Origin: Macrostomum hystrix
Lineage: Eukaryota; Animalia; Platyhelminthes
DNA: 64,000 nt
Assembly (NCBI GenBank): GCA_950097015.1
Contig: CATNEN010000038.1
Location: 11,594,001-11,658,000 of the forward strand
Direction of reading: 5' to 3'
Shown here: one piece after another, positions 1 through 12,430 of the stretch
Layout: each line of letters begins with the position of its first letter
Position numbering within the stretch: position 1 is the stretch's first letter
Translations under genes and position numbers: made by a program
Notes under the pieces: model-generated
Database searches by the model: none
What the model was told of the DNA's origin: nothing
The model's input: the letters and a program-made list of their open reading frames with translations, nothing else

Positions 1-23
1 TAAAATATTTTCCTCATCCGCAG

Positions 24-3017
24 CTACTGGCCCGGCTCCGGGACGGTCGCCATGTAGGGCCGGGTGGCGTAGCTGCTTCGATCGTGTGGATAGGCGTAGC
101 TCGGGTGGCTGGTGTAAAGAGATGCCGCTTTGCCTGGCTTTGCGTGCACCGGCAGTGACGGCTCGCCGCGGCCCTGTCGGAGATAAAGTTCGGAGCTTTT
201 AGGCGGGTTGTGTCGCGGCCTCCACTGTCCATGGACTGAATTACAGCCGCAGACAGTATTTATGCATTGCCACTGGCCCAACACGGCTCATATGCTATTT
301 CTATTCTAAAATAATAATTATTGATGACACCTGCCCTAATCGGTTCAGATGTGCAGCCGACAGCACAGCCGCAGCTATTGCGCGGCGCATCTGAAGGCTG
401 CGTACGGCTGTTCAGTTCAGTCCATGGACTGGGGGGACGTCACATCCACCCTTAATTACCCCAGCTAATACTGGTACCCATTTAATGGCTGGATGAACTT
501 AAGCAACACAGAGTTACCCCCGACCTTCGAGTCTTAAGTCTGACGCTCTAACCACTAGGCTACCATACCTCCATATATTCTATAGAGCATGGAGGCTCTA
601 TGTGGCTATCTTGGCACCACAACACAATTTTGTTGACATCTACAATCTCTGACTCCTCACTATCTTCCTTGACTTTTTAATAGCTAGGCAATTACCGGCA
701 GGCGCTGCATCTGGTCTTCGAGCGAGCCGTACAGGTGGACCTCCAGCGGCCAGTTCTGTGTGTACAGGCCGCCAGTGGCTCCGTAGCCCTGGTGGCCACC
801 GGCTGCTAACTTGTCGGCCACATAGTGAACGGACTGCGAAGGTCAAAGTAATTTTGTGAAGTTGCAAGAGTGAAAAAAACGGTACTTAAACTGAGATTCT
901 TCATGTTGACACTGGAATAGAAAGTGGAATTTCTCCACCCCATGAACAGAATAAGGCAGGCACACGGCAAACAATAATCATGTCTTAAACTCTCCAGGAC
1001 TTGCATGTGTACGAGTAATCTAGTTGCTGACGTGATTCAGAACAAACTTGGCCACCTCTGCTAGGCGGTGCAAGAGGTCAATAGCGACTGTCGGGTTGAA
1101 CATCTGTGTTCAAAGATTCTGACAGAATGTCTGCAAAAACAGCATTGCATTTGAAGTAATTAAGTTTCATTGGCTTGTCGAACACATTTTCCTGGATCAT
1201 CTCAGCCTAGAACATTGTCGCACCAAGGTCACTGAGCTCGATTCCACAGCGAGGCCACATTCATTTGAGGAGCAGCCGCGGAGAGAAGGTTTTGGGGGCT
1301 TGTCGTGTAATTTACGAGTGCACCCTAGACAGTCAAACTCCAAGGCACTGACTGTGAGAATGTACACTGCCTGACGATGAGAAAAATCTGGGTAGATGTA
1401 CACACCTGTGTCAGCGTGTGCCTGCTTACGGTATCAGTGTGCGTGTGTGCAGAACTGCCTCCTCTCTGCATGGCTGCAGGTCTAGTGTCAGATAATTTCA
1501 ATGTGCCTTGGAGGTTGGCCCTGAAGGGCGTGAATCGCACAAGCCCCAAGCCTTTTCTCTGCGGCTGAGCCCCAAATGAATGTGGCCTCGCCGCAGAATC
1601 GAGCTCAGGGACCTTGACGCGAGCGTCATACGCGCTAACAGCTCTGCCACAGACTCCCTTATCCCACTTTAATTATGGACTGAACAGTAACGAATGTGAA
1701 AAGCGCGTTCTCATCTCACAGCAAAATTAACTTGAATGACAATCTTACCGTCTGCGCAATGGCCAGGGCGCACTGTTTATCTTTCTCATTGTCGAACGCT
1801 GACAATAGAAATTCGACCCCGACAGTTGACTTGTGATCGATTAGGTAGCTGCAATAGCAGTCGCAATTGACCAGTTGTGTTTTTAAGAAATTACATTTTA
1901 TTATGCACCATATTTTTTTAACTGGTAGAAAGGTAGTTCAGTCCATGGACTGGGGGGGGCGCCACACCCATACTACATTTAACAGCTGGGTGAACTAAAG
2001 CAATGTGGATTTAGGTGTCTTAAGCACAAAAATTGTTCCCACAGAGTTGGGAATCGAACCTTGGACCTTCGAGTTGTGAGTCCTAGACCCTTGCTAACCA
2101 CTAGACAACAACCCCCTTAACTTAACAACCGCTAGTAGATAGATTTAAAATTATCAGCTGACCGTTTCAGACAATCCAGTGCAAAGACTCGATCGGTGCC
2201 AGACAGGGAAAACTCGCAGAGAATCTGCACGGCCTCCTGACAGGTCATGCGGGCAAAGCGCTGAAATTAACAGAGTTTACTCTATTCAGAAGTACACAAA
2301 TAGTTATTCAAGTTACTTAGTGAAGCATTGCCTTGCTACGAGTAACTAAAGTGTTACATATTGTGCTCACTGGTTCCAATAGTCGAATGGCCTTCACTTT
2401 GTCAGCAGCATCTTTGAAGCTCTGCAGAATCTCAATAGCCTTAAAAAGGAAACAAACTGTTTATTACAAATATTTCAACAAAGCTTTCTGCGAGCAAGAG
2501 TTTAATTTAATTTATTTTAAATATAGTTGATTCATAAATAAAATATTTCATAACAAAATTTCATGTTAATATAGGATTTTGAATTTAAACTAAATTCCAA
2601 TCGATAAAATTATTTTTTACTTCTACGAAAATATTTTTTATCTCGTATTCAGTGTAAATTTAAATCTTAAGTTGTTTAATATTTATTAATAACAGTTAGG
2701 AAATAATACTTTCGTACATGTAAGCCTCAATTTACGTCATAAAATGCTACATACATCTTTAACTGTAAACTAAGCTACCATTTAGTAAGCAACTGCTTAG
2801 AAGTATATTAGGCTTTGGAGAAGATTTGTATTTCAATTAAATTTTATTTTTAATTTTATTCTAAATTATATTATTTTTCATAGAAACTCACCTGCTGCCA
2901 ATTAACAGTTCCATTACTGTTCAACAAAACTTCAAACTTCTTGCGTTTGTCATTCGAAGAACAACTCAGACGCTTGGTAATGTCTTGAAATTCTTCTTGC
3001 GTGATAGGTCTAGTCAT
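24..3017 (-). CDS. DUF4476 / PROSER1-N-terminal-like protein, 6 exons (2892-3017, 2371-2439, 2163-2260, 1749-1848, 696-833, 24-173), ~226 aa
   Basis: All introns are GT-AG and the frame is continuous: MTRPITQEEFQDITKRLSCSSNDKRKKFEVLL...QQAIEILQSFKDAADKVKAIRLLEPRFARMTCQEAVQILCEFSLSGTDRVFALDCLK... The twice-repeated 'Q..EIL..F....DK..A...L' pattern resembles DUF4476 (family call from memory). Confidence 0.7.
315..570 (-). mobile_element. tRNA-derived SINE, family B
   Basis: Minus strand begins with a tRNA-like head (GTAGCCTAGTGGTTAGAGCGTCAGACT). The body CAGTCCATGGACTGAAC...GCAGCCTTCAGAT recurs near 1935-2105, 17275-17345 and 35398-35550. Confidence 0.6.
1215..1652. mobile_element. Two tRNA-derived SINE family A copies fused in opposite orientation (+ ~1215-1495, - ~1502-1652)
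   Basis: Both match the family body (GGAGAGAAGGCTTGGGGGCTTGTCGTG). The minus copy carries the head GTGGCAGAGCTGTTAGCGCG. Confidence 0.7.
1935..2105 (-). mobile_element. SINE family B, partial
   Basis: B-box GGTTCGATTCC on the minus strand and shared CAGTCCATGGACTG motif. Confidence 0.55.
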
Positions 3018-4182
3018 ATTTTTAGCCTAGAGAGAGAAAATAGGCTAAACTTTTATTACTTTCTACTGTATCTATGTATATACAATTTAACCCTCGCATT
3101 ACTTAATATTATATCAATTTGACTTGTTAAACTGGTGGGACTCTAAGCGCTATTTACAATGCCAGCAAGCGATAAAACAAATGTGCGGATTTTTTTAGAC
3201 AAAAGCTGAAATTGAAGAAACAAGGTGACAATCAGAATAAAGGTTTGGTTCAAATTACCTACTTTCATTTGATTTTTTCAGAGAGACGTTTTTTTCAAAA
3301 AAGACACTTCTATCATGCGTTAATAAGTTGTTGCTTATTTTTCGTACCTATCGCAAATATATAAGTATAAGTTGTTTTAATTGATTGCTTTCCTATTTCG
3401 TGGAGTTTTGTAAAATGAAAAAAATATTTTTGTATGTTTTTTTATTACTTGATTGCATTTCTTAATTCAATAGTCAGTTCTAAACTTTGTTATCCCAAGT
3501 AACGGAGATTTTGTACCTGTACTTCACTCTACTTTAATTGCGCTTGCTCGTACACGTTGCTGCAGCCAAAAGTGTTCATTTTTCTTTAAAAATATTAAAT
3601 TCGGAGCAATCCTGTGACAGAACAGACATCTACATACAGCAACTGAAGCGAGCGGAGATTTTATTTGCATCAGTTAAAGAATAAAAAAGAAGAAAGAATA
3701 ATATAATCCGAAGGTGTAAAATTGTCACCAATCGATTTTTCAGCTTTGTTTTTTCTTTTAAAAGTCCCATCGTTAATAAACACCGATAGCACAAATACAT
3801 GTTGTCCTCCATCGCGAACACTATTTCCGTGAATTTGTGTATTTTGTGAATTGGGACACAATATAATTAAGGTCAAGTTAGTTTTTTTGTTTCGTGCAAA
3901 ACCTATCTGAAAACTATTGTTGCTTTCAAAAAGCTGTTGAAACCATGTGATCAGCAAGTCCGGGTGCAAGTATAGTCGATCAGTTGATGAATCTGAACAC
4001 TCTGCGCGGGTCGGCCTCATCAAGACTATCCTTACTGGTGTCAAACGCGGCCACGACTCGATCCATTAATCGATTCAGTCAGATTCTGTGTGAAACCGCT
4101 CGATCCAGCCGATAGACAGGCAATAGGGCATGCCAGTCTGGAGAGTTAATGTGGCACCTTGATATTCGTGAGGAATGACTGA

Positions 4183-4870
4183 CTAGTCGATGTAGAATTT
4201 GAAGTCGAAATATTTCGGATCCGCTAAAGTATCGGTTCTATTTAGGGCAAGCGCAAAGGTAAATAACTGATTCGCATCGGCCGGCATGGCGGATTCCTTG
4301 GTGAAGAATCTGGCGAAAGGACTTAGGTGAGTGTAAACGCGGCTTCGTTCGAATTCGAAGTTTCTCTCGAGAATCTGCATGCACATGTTCTGAAAAGTGG
4401 TGCAGTCCGTCAACTCCATGAAGCAGTTGCGGTCGGGTTTCTGTTCTGCCGCATCACAATCGAAATGGAATTGATGCTGTACATCAGTCCGGCCAGCTAG
4501 GTCGACCATAGTCTCGATTTGTTAGTTCCATCCAGGCAGGGCCTCTCGCTTGTCCAGGTGACACCAGTGGAGGACAGCTCGCAGACCCGCTGATAGACAA
4601 ACAGACCTCAGGAGGCGGACCGCGGTCGTTCCACTGGGCGACAGTCAGATTCGTTGGCATGTATGATCGGCTGTGGGCTACGCAGTTGATGAGGGAGGTG
4701 GCGGCCGAGCGACTGCTGAGAGACTCATTCAGGCAGGTCGTGTGGAAAATGTAGAGCACGTTGGCAGTGGTTGCTAGCGGTTGCCACAGGAGTAGCAGGA
4801 GAAGCAGCGGCGGCGCCAGCGGTACGAGACAAAAAAGTAGAAAACCTACGAGTGCTTTAAAAATTTTCAT
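4183..4870 (-). pseudogene. Possible frameshifted gene for a secreted Cys-containing protein
   Basis: Signal-peptide-like N-terminus (MKIFKALVGFLLFCLVPLAPPLLLLLLLWQ) in ORF 4484-4981, with coding-like continuation in another frame (4183-4509). No family recognised. Confidence 0.3.
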
Positions 4871-5292
4871 TTCACTTTTAACGCAAGTTTCAGAGCAAGT
4901 GAACCCACTAGCTGTCTTTGATCTGCCAATTGTGGCAGCTGGGCAGTTGGTCATACGCGAATTTGGTTTATCAAAAGCCACTTCGCTGTGACATTTAATA
5001 GCGTTTTTAACTATACTACTGTGTTATACTGATGTTATCTATACTACTGTGTCGTAACAAGAACTAACAAATTTATATATTATATTTTAATATATCACAC
5101 TATCCATTTTTGATCAACTATCCATTTTTATTCACAATTGATCAAAATTTCTCTCTATGGTAATGACCTCTGAGTTTGATTTGAGTTTGACCTGTTTCAA
5201 CCATAGACAATGCCAGTTTATAATAGAAAATCTACGAGTGAAAAACTTATGAAAGTCTAAGCCAAAAATTATAAATGCCCTGGGTATTTATA

Positions 5293-6208
5293 TACTGTCT
5301 AACAAAAGTTCTTGTACGGTTGCTTCTGTTGCTTCTAGTATCCATAATTTCCAACCGATTCAAATGAAAATTAGTGCAAATGAAAGCTGGGAATCTCTGC
5401 AACATTTTCTGTTTCACCGTATTTTTTTTATTCTGGAGTGGCTCGGAACAGCTTGCCGTTAAGCACAGACAGGTCGAAAAAAAAAGTGACAGAATGACAT
5501 AGAGCAAGCAGTCTATGGCCAACTTTCTTCACGCGCTGACAAACTCCACAGAGTGTCTAGGAAGCCTTCTGTCGATCGATCGCTGTGTGTGGGGTTTGCT
5601 TTACTTCTTCACCCCAGGCGACATGTCTATGGCCTAAACTGTCGCACACTGTATAACCCTGTGCTTCCTCGCAAAGTTTCATGACTTAACTTGCCCTTTC
5701 TGAGAGACATGCCTGTTGTGAGCCAAGAAATTCGTTGGAGAATCGTTTCGCTTCGAGAGGACGCAGGCTGGTCGCTTGGCAGGATTGCAAACCATCTCGT
5801 CGTGCCAAAATCTACTGTTCAGCACTATGCGACCAAATTTGCGGCAACGAATTCTGTCACCAATGACCATATCTGATTATCTGTGAAGAAGTAAAGCAAA
5901 CCCCACACACAGAGCGATCGATCGACAGAAGGCTTCCTAGACACTCTGTGGAGTTTGTCAGCGCGTGAAGAAAGTTGGCCATAGACTGCATGCTTGCTCT
6001 ATGTCATTCTGTCACTTTTTTTATTCGACCTGTCTGTGCTAAACGGCAAGCTGTTCCGAGCCACTCCAGAATAAAAAAATACGGTGAAACAGAAAATGTT
6101 GCAGAGATTCCCAGCTTTCATTTGCACTAATTTTCATTTGAAACGGATGGAAATTATGGATACTAGAGGCAACAGAAGCAACCGTACAAGAACTTTTGTT
6201 AGACAGTA
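5293..6208 (+). mobile_element. Internally deleted Tc1/mariner element with ~320-bp TIRs
   Basis: TIR TACTGTCTAACAAAAGTTCTTGTACGG at both ends with TA flanks. Centre encodes only an N-terminal HTH (MPVVSQEIRWRIVSLREDAGWSLGRIANHLVVPKSTVQ). Confidence 0.85.
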
Positions 6209-6926
6209 TATATAAATGGGTATTTATAATCTTTGGTCTAAACTGTGTTTTATTAAATATATATTTTATATCTTTACGAAATTAATAACTTCACAAAAGT
6301 ATAAGATATTTTCGCTTGTCTATAGCTGCCTAGAGTTTAAAGAGCAGGCGAAAATCTAGAATCACATTAAAAAAAAGTTTTAGTCTGTTAATTATGTCAG
6401 CTGGACGCACGGACAAGCAAACACGCGCTTTCAAGCTGGCTTTGCATTATGCTGTATGAGCTTGGTGGGGAAACTGTAAAGACGAAAAATTCTCAGCGTG
6501 GGTAGCAACCAGGACAGTACAGTGTGGAGAGTATGTGTACAGTAAGCAGCAAGATACGGAGAGGGGCAGATAGTGAATGGATTTAAGCCCAAGTACTATA
6601 GGCTGCTTCTGAGTGAGTACATTATTGTGCAAGAGCGCACGAAAGTTGTTTAGTTTGTCTAAAAAAACGCCAAATACTTGCTCTTACTCTCGCATAAAAT
6701 GAGCTGACAAAACACATCTGAGACCATAAGACTCAAGGTGTGAGCATTAAATATTGATTAATGTTTCTATGCAGAGCCTTAGCTAGCCTCCAGCCAGGAC
6801 ACCGCGGGCCCAAGCGACACGTCTCAAAACTTGAGTCCGTCTCCAATGACGACTGTACATAGGGTGTAGAGAAAAGTGTGACGTCCACCCCAAGAGAAAG
6901 CTTGTCACCCCCCGCACTCATGGCGG

Positions 6927-7492
6927 CATAAAAGCTGGCACAGTCAAGGAGCGCCCGATTCCCTCCAAGCAGAGAGAGCGCAAGGCCCAGTAGGAGCTGT
7001 GAGCGTCAGCTGGCCCACGCCATGACTGACTGGAAGTGGGTCCTTTCATGGATAGAGTAAAACCCCTTGTGTCACCACAGCGCTTACTTCGTTTATGCTG
7101 CGGCTTTCAAGTTCGCGGCGTTGCCAATTTCCATCTGGAGCCTCTCGCTTCGGTTCCGGAGGGCGCCAACGCACGGACACCAGCGACCCCGCAATCACAC
7201 CGTCAGGTGTGCTCAGGGGTGTCCTGTTGGCTGCTCTCTGGGACCACAGCTGCTGCTGCCGCCCGCTCGGGCTGCCTCGAGAGACTCCCGATCGATATAT
7301 CGATCGAGCTCGGTGACTCTCGGGCCAGCTCGGCGGTCTCCGTCCGTCACCGCACGGGACTCGCAGAGCGCGGCAGCTGTGGAACCAGACCACTCGACTG
7401 CTCCCTCCGGAGCCGAGGCGAGACTCCAGCCCCACCCCACTCCCTCTGAGCTGTCGTGAGACGAGGGGCTTCACTTTATACTTGAAAGGACC
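6927..7492 (+). ncRNA. Putative long structured hairpin-RNA gene, copy 1
   Basis: CATAAAAG box at 6927; shared core; 7039-7081 pairs with 7450-7492; AATAAA near 7616. Confidence 0.5.
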
Positions 7493-7751
7493 GAGCTGGC
7501 AGTATGGCCAGCGAAAATACTTTTTGAAACTGATGTGGATCTTGCAGTGTTTGGGACTTATTGTAACTTTACCAAATAAGGTTACAATAATGGCGGGTGA
7601 CTTTAACTTCTAGGAAATAAAACTGGAAGAACTGATGATCTCATCGCAAGTTAGCACAATATGCTAAACAGTCATGATCAGGTGCATCCAAATTGCTTAG
7701 TCAGGAGTCATAATAAAAATAATGAATGCCGGACGTTTGCGATCAATGTCG

Positions 7752-7990
7752 CATCATTGGTGACAATAGACCCGCAGCCAGCAAGGAGGCGATTCTGCTT
7801 ATTCCGCTGACTCCTGAGCACACACGCACTCGGATACTGTACGCAGGCATTCACTCACACAGGTGTGCACATCTGCCCTGACTTTCTCATTGTCAGGCAG
7901 TGTAAAATCTTCTGTGCCTTGTATGTTGGCCCTCAATGGGCGTAAATTGCACGACAAGCCCCCAAGCCTTCTCTCCGCGGCTGCGCCCCA
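7752..7990 (-). mobile_element. SINE family A, 5'-truncated
   Basis: Matches the family A body. Confidence 0.7.
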
Positions 7991-8305
7991 AAAAGCTCGC
8001 TGGGGGGTAAACTCGCTGGGGGGAAAACTCATGTACCTAAAAAATTGACTTGTCCCTGTGTGTAGGTGCTTATGACTACTGAAGTAACTTGCAGTATAAT
8101 CTACTTTAGTAGTCCTTGATGGCCGCAGATGTGTCAGATATGTCGACATAGTAATCCTTGGTAGACGCTAGGACTAACCTATAGAAAAAGAATATATAAC
8201 TTACTACTATAGTTAAGTTTTCGTAGTGGTACGAAGGACCACTAGAAGAAGGACGGACAAACATGTGTCGCACGAATGAAACATGTCGGCTGTTGATGCT
8301 ATAAC

Positions 8306-9178
8306 TAGAGATGCCAAAAACCGGCCCTTTTTGAGAACCGGTTAACCGGTTTGAAAACCACCTTTTATAAGAAAACCGGTCTTTAAAAACCGGTTTGCGT
8401 GCCAAGTTTTTAAAAAGCACTAAATAAGCATAGAAGATTGAACTTATATACAATCGTGAATTTGTTGAAGGTGTGCGTGCCGATTAATAATAATAAAAGT
8501 TTCTTGGAATTATTAATTTTAAATTTGTTATAGTTAGGTTTCGCGGAAATTGAATATCGCGCCAATTCAAATTTTCCGTGGACTTTTCTTCGGAATCGTT
8601 CCGTAGCCAATGCGAACTAAATGCGAACTAAAATAAAGACCCAATGCGAACTTAATATAAATTTAGATTTAGTTCGGATCAGTTCTTAACTAATTCGCGA
8701 ACTCTTAATTTTGCTGAATAATAACTTTAAACGTAATGATGCACTGGTAGCAATGATTGATTAATTTGATGATTTTGCCCAAGGCAAACTGGTCACAGTC
8801 TCGAAATGGCGGTACCCTGGGATGGTTAGATTAGAAACGGCGAACCCTTGATGTTTTTAGGTTTAGACTTAGATAGTTTTAGATTAGGCCCCAATTTAGA
8901 TTTATACTTCAAGTTCAACTTAGATTTAATTTGAAGTTTAATTTTAAGTTTATTGTTCCATTTGAAAGGACTTAGTAGCGCTGCCACCACGAAGCAAATT
9001 TTGTTACCAGTTATTTTTTCTTTAAAGTGCAAAAATGGTGACTGTGTGAGACATAATTAAAATAAAAAACCCATTAAAAACCGTCAAAAATCCGGACAAA
9101 AAACCGGGTTTTTTAGAACCGGTTTTCCTGCTAAAAACCGGTTTTTTAAGCCGGTTTTAAAATCGGTTGGCATCCCTA
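8306..9178. mobile_element. Non-autonomous hAT-type transposon
   Basis: TIRs TAGAGATGCCA / TGGCATCCCTA, 8-bp TSD GCTATAAC / GCTATAAG (7 of 8 match), clustered subterminal AAAACCGG motifs at both ends. Confidence 0.8.
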
Positions 9179-10161
9179 GCTATAAGTATAACCACTCAAC
9201 ATCTTAAGGGCAATGGAAAACAGATTTAAGCATTTTTATTTGTTTAAACTAGGCTAGTAATGAAGTCGGTGACTTATTACGGGATGAGTGAGCCGTGATG
9301 CATAACAAATACTGATGAAGACTTATTAAAGACTCTCTCTGACTGACCCCTGCCCTTCCGTTCTCTCTCCCAGACCCGCCATAAATCTCTTGGCGTTCAG
9401 TGATTTCTCAAACTTTCAATAAAGAGATGGGGCGCAGTGTTTCTTCGAATGATCTTTAATCATTCGTCCAACTTTCTTAACTAACAATCCCCGCTATATC
9501 AAAGTCTAAATTTCTATCGTCTGTTAAAGTACGGCCCATTTCAATAAGCCATATACAACAACATTTTAACATGTTGTATTTTAACAACGCAAAGGAAAGG
9601 GACCCTCTCTGCACTGCATGTGGAGAGAACTTAGATAAGACAATCTGAGCTGGGCCATGTAGATTTAACAAAAGGGAGGGGCTGGCTGGCCCGCTATAGC
9701 CCTCCTTCAAGCCACAGACACTCAGGCTGAGAGAACCCCCCTCCCTCGATTTTTATCGATCGGGCGGCACAGCCATCCATTCCATCCAAGCGCAAGCGAA
9801 AGCGAAAGCCTTGGCCCCAGCTTATGTACATTCAAACCTCAATAGACAGAAATCTCGTCCCCACAAACAAACACTGACAAATGCATGGAGGGCTGTAGGC
9901 CTGTAGCCTGTGTATTCTATTTTTAAGTCAAGCTTCAACAAATAAAATTTTGGTTTCAATTTTCATGTAATGCAAAAAAGTTAATCGCAAAAAAATAGGA
10001 TGATCTTTCATTAATTACTGCTTACTTCATATTCATACTTCATCAGATAATTAAACTTCCAAGACTAAAGCACCGTATTCATTTCAATGCTGGGCACACA
10101 ATTTATATGCGAAACTTACATGCGATTACTTAACCATTTTAGCACAATTTTCACTCAGGGT

Positions 10162-10300
10162 TAGGGGTCGCAATCCCGGGATCCCGGGATCCCGAAATCC
10201 CGGGATTTAGACATTTTTCGGGATTACGGGATCCCGGGATTTCCAGTTTTTTAATATCGGGATCCCGGGATTGAAAAAAGCCGGGATTTTGCGACCCCTA
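10162..10300. mobile_element. hAT-type MITE (139 bp)
   Basis: TIR TAGGGGTCGCAA / TTGCGACCCCTA, perfect 8-bp TSD CTCAGGGT, internal ATCCCGGG repeats. Confidence 0.9.
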
Positions 10301-12286
10301 CTCAGGGTGCATTATTTGTGTGCATGAAAAAAATCACGTTTTATAATTGAAAATCAATACTGTACATCTGAAATGTGATGCACAGCTTTAAGTGATATGT
10401 CATTGTCTTGGAAACATCTAGACGCATCTATTTAAACCATTTTAAATGACATTGGGGCAAAGAACAACATTTTATTAGAGTAAACTCGAAAATGCTGCTT
10501 CTCTTAAAAGTACTGCATCGTGTTCGTGTACTATCGCTCAATCAATGTTCACAGGCAGGCATGGGTGCTGTGCTGTCCTTTTGAAGAGGGCTCTAAATGC
10601 TATCCAATGACACAAAACTTGATCCGAGAAATTGCACCACTAAAATCTTATGAGTAATCTTACGAGAAATTGGCATAGGCCCCGGGTGTGAAAAACACTG
10701 AAAATTGCTGCAATGTGCCTTCCATTTCGAAAAATCGAATTTTCCAACACTAATGCAGCTGCTCATCGGATGCAGCATAGTATTGGGTACATTTTGTCTT
10801 GCAAAAAAATTCGCAAGTCCGTTTTTACAAAATTTACCTCTATAGGTTCGAAAATTTGCATGATTTATTCAATTTCTACGAAAACAACACGTTTTCCAAC
10901 TGCAAATCAAGATTTAGCATCTTGAATGTGACGCTGACTTTAAGTTTGACGTGTCATTCTCTTTCAAACATCCACATGTGTTTATTGACACCATTTTTAG
11001 CTCAATGCGACAAAGTGCACTATCGTAGAGGCAGAAATGGCAAACTTTTTCTCTCATGCGTACACCTGTACAGGTACATATTTTAGTACAGATGGCCAAC
11101 TACTGAATGTGTGTACACGAGTCTAGTATCAAATGAAAGAGGGTCCTTTAAATGCAATTAAGCAACGCTAAGCGAAACACCAACGGATGAAGTAATCAAA
11201 AGTTATGACTGATCCCGTTTTACATGCTTTAGCCCCCCGGGGGTCAAAATTTGGGATTTTCACATCGACCTTCGGGGCAAGTGGATGCTTAGAAAATTCA
11301 AAATATACAACTTGTGTGCACATCTGTTGCACTTCTAAAATCTGAAGCCGCATTCGAATCGCACACCAAATACGTTCTGGCCATGCAGTTTGTACCTCGA
11401 AAAATGACAAAAAATGACCAAAATCACGTTTTTGGGATTTAATTACCCACATCTTCAGTAAACAATCCAATCAGTCTCAAACCAACATTGTCGTATAGGC
11501 GACACCCAAGAAAGTTGGTTGACATGTGTTGAAATGCAATTCAAGTCACATTTCTGTGCCATAGAGGCGTCCAAAGTGCACCCTGAACTAAAAGTACTTT
11601 AAAGTGCACATATTTTCAATCACAAAAGTACACGGTCAAAAAATTTCTTCACCATCAAGTAGGCCCATGTGTTGGGGTTACGACCCAGTCAAAGTTAAAA
11701 AACATGCACATTTCTTCAACCTCAAAAACCCGTTTTTTGACCCTTTGACCCAGAAGATGGGCCAGCAAGAAAAAATCCATATCAAATCATTGTAGGCTTC
11801 TATAGCCCGCATCGACTGGATAGTCACTTGGCGACACCATAAAATGCCGAAAAAAGCGCCGAGAGACCAATTTTTGTCATGTCCAAAAATCATGTATTTG
11901 GTTGCCATGGCAACGCTTTTCACTTTATTGCATACCTTAAGACCAAGTATGTCGCCATATAATGCACTACTTATCTTTGATTCTAGCTGCAAGTGCTCTG
12001 AAAGTAGAAAATATCGAAATCACCAAAAAATGCTATAGAAATCTTCAAGGCGTGTATGAGCACTTGCTTGAACGCTTGAGTCACTATCTGTTCGCAGCAA
12101 TTCTTTCTAAAGAAAAAGCCAAGAATAAAGCGAAATCTGAGCAAGTCAGAGCTTGCACAATTGCTCCGCTTAGTTTCGTCAGTGTCGCTAAGCTAAATGT
12201 ACTATTAGCAATCTGTTTAGACCGACCTTTGCGCTGGGGGGTGGTCTGCAGTCTGCAGGCCTGCAAATTCACAGCTCACGCCCAGG

Positions 12287-12296
12287 CTAAAAATAG
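12287..12296. promoter_or_regulatory. MEF2 consensus site upstream of hairpin copy 2
   Basis: CTAAAAATAG matches YTA(A/T)4TAR, ~135 bp before the CATAAAAG box. Confidence 0.45.
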
Positions 12297-12430
12297 CTGC
12301 TACCACCTCTACCCCTGCTAGGGCCTGCCTGAAAAGCAAGCCTCAACACAACCCAACCCAACCCAACCCAACCCAACCCCGCCCGCTCGGGCTGCATGGC
12401 ATCCGCCCCAACTCCGTAGCGACGCTTTGG

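Noticed and set aside
10590-12050. AT-rich segment with the look of a non-autonomous DNA transposon
   Set aside because: No TIR, TSD or coding remnant could be pinned down by eye.
12350-12380. (CCCAA)n run upstream of copy 2 as an interstitial telomere
   Set aside because: Only about five units and not the TTAGGG repeat; absent from the other copies.
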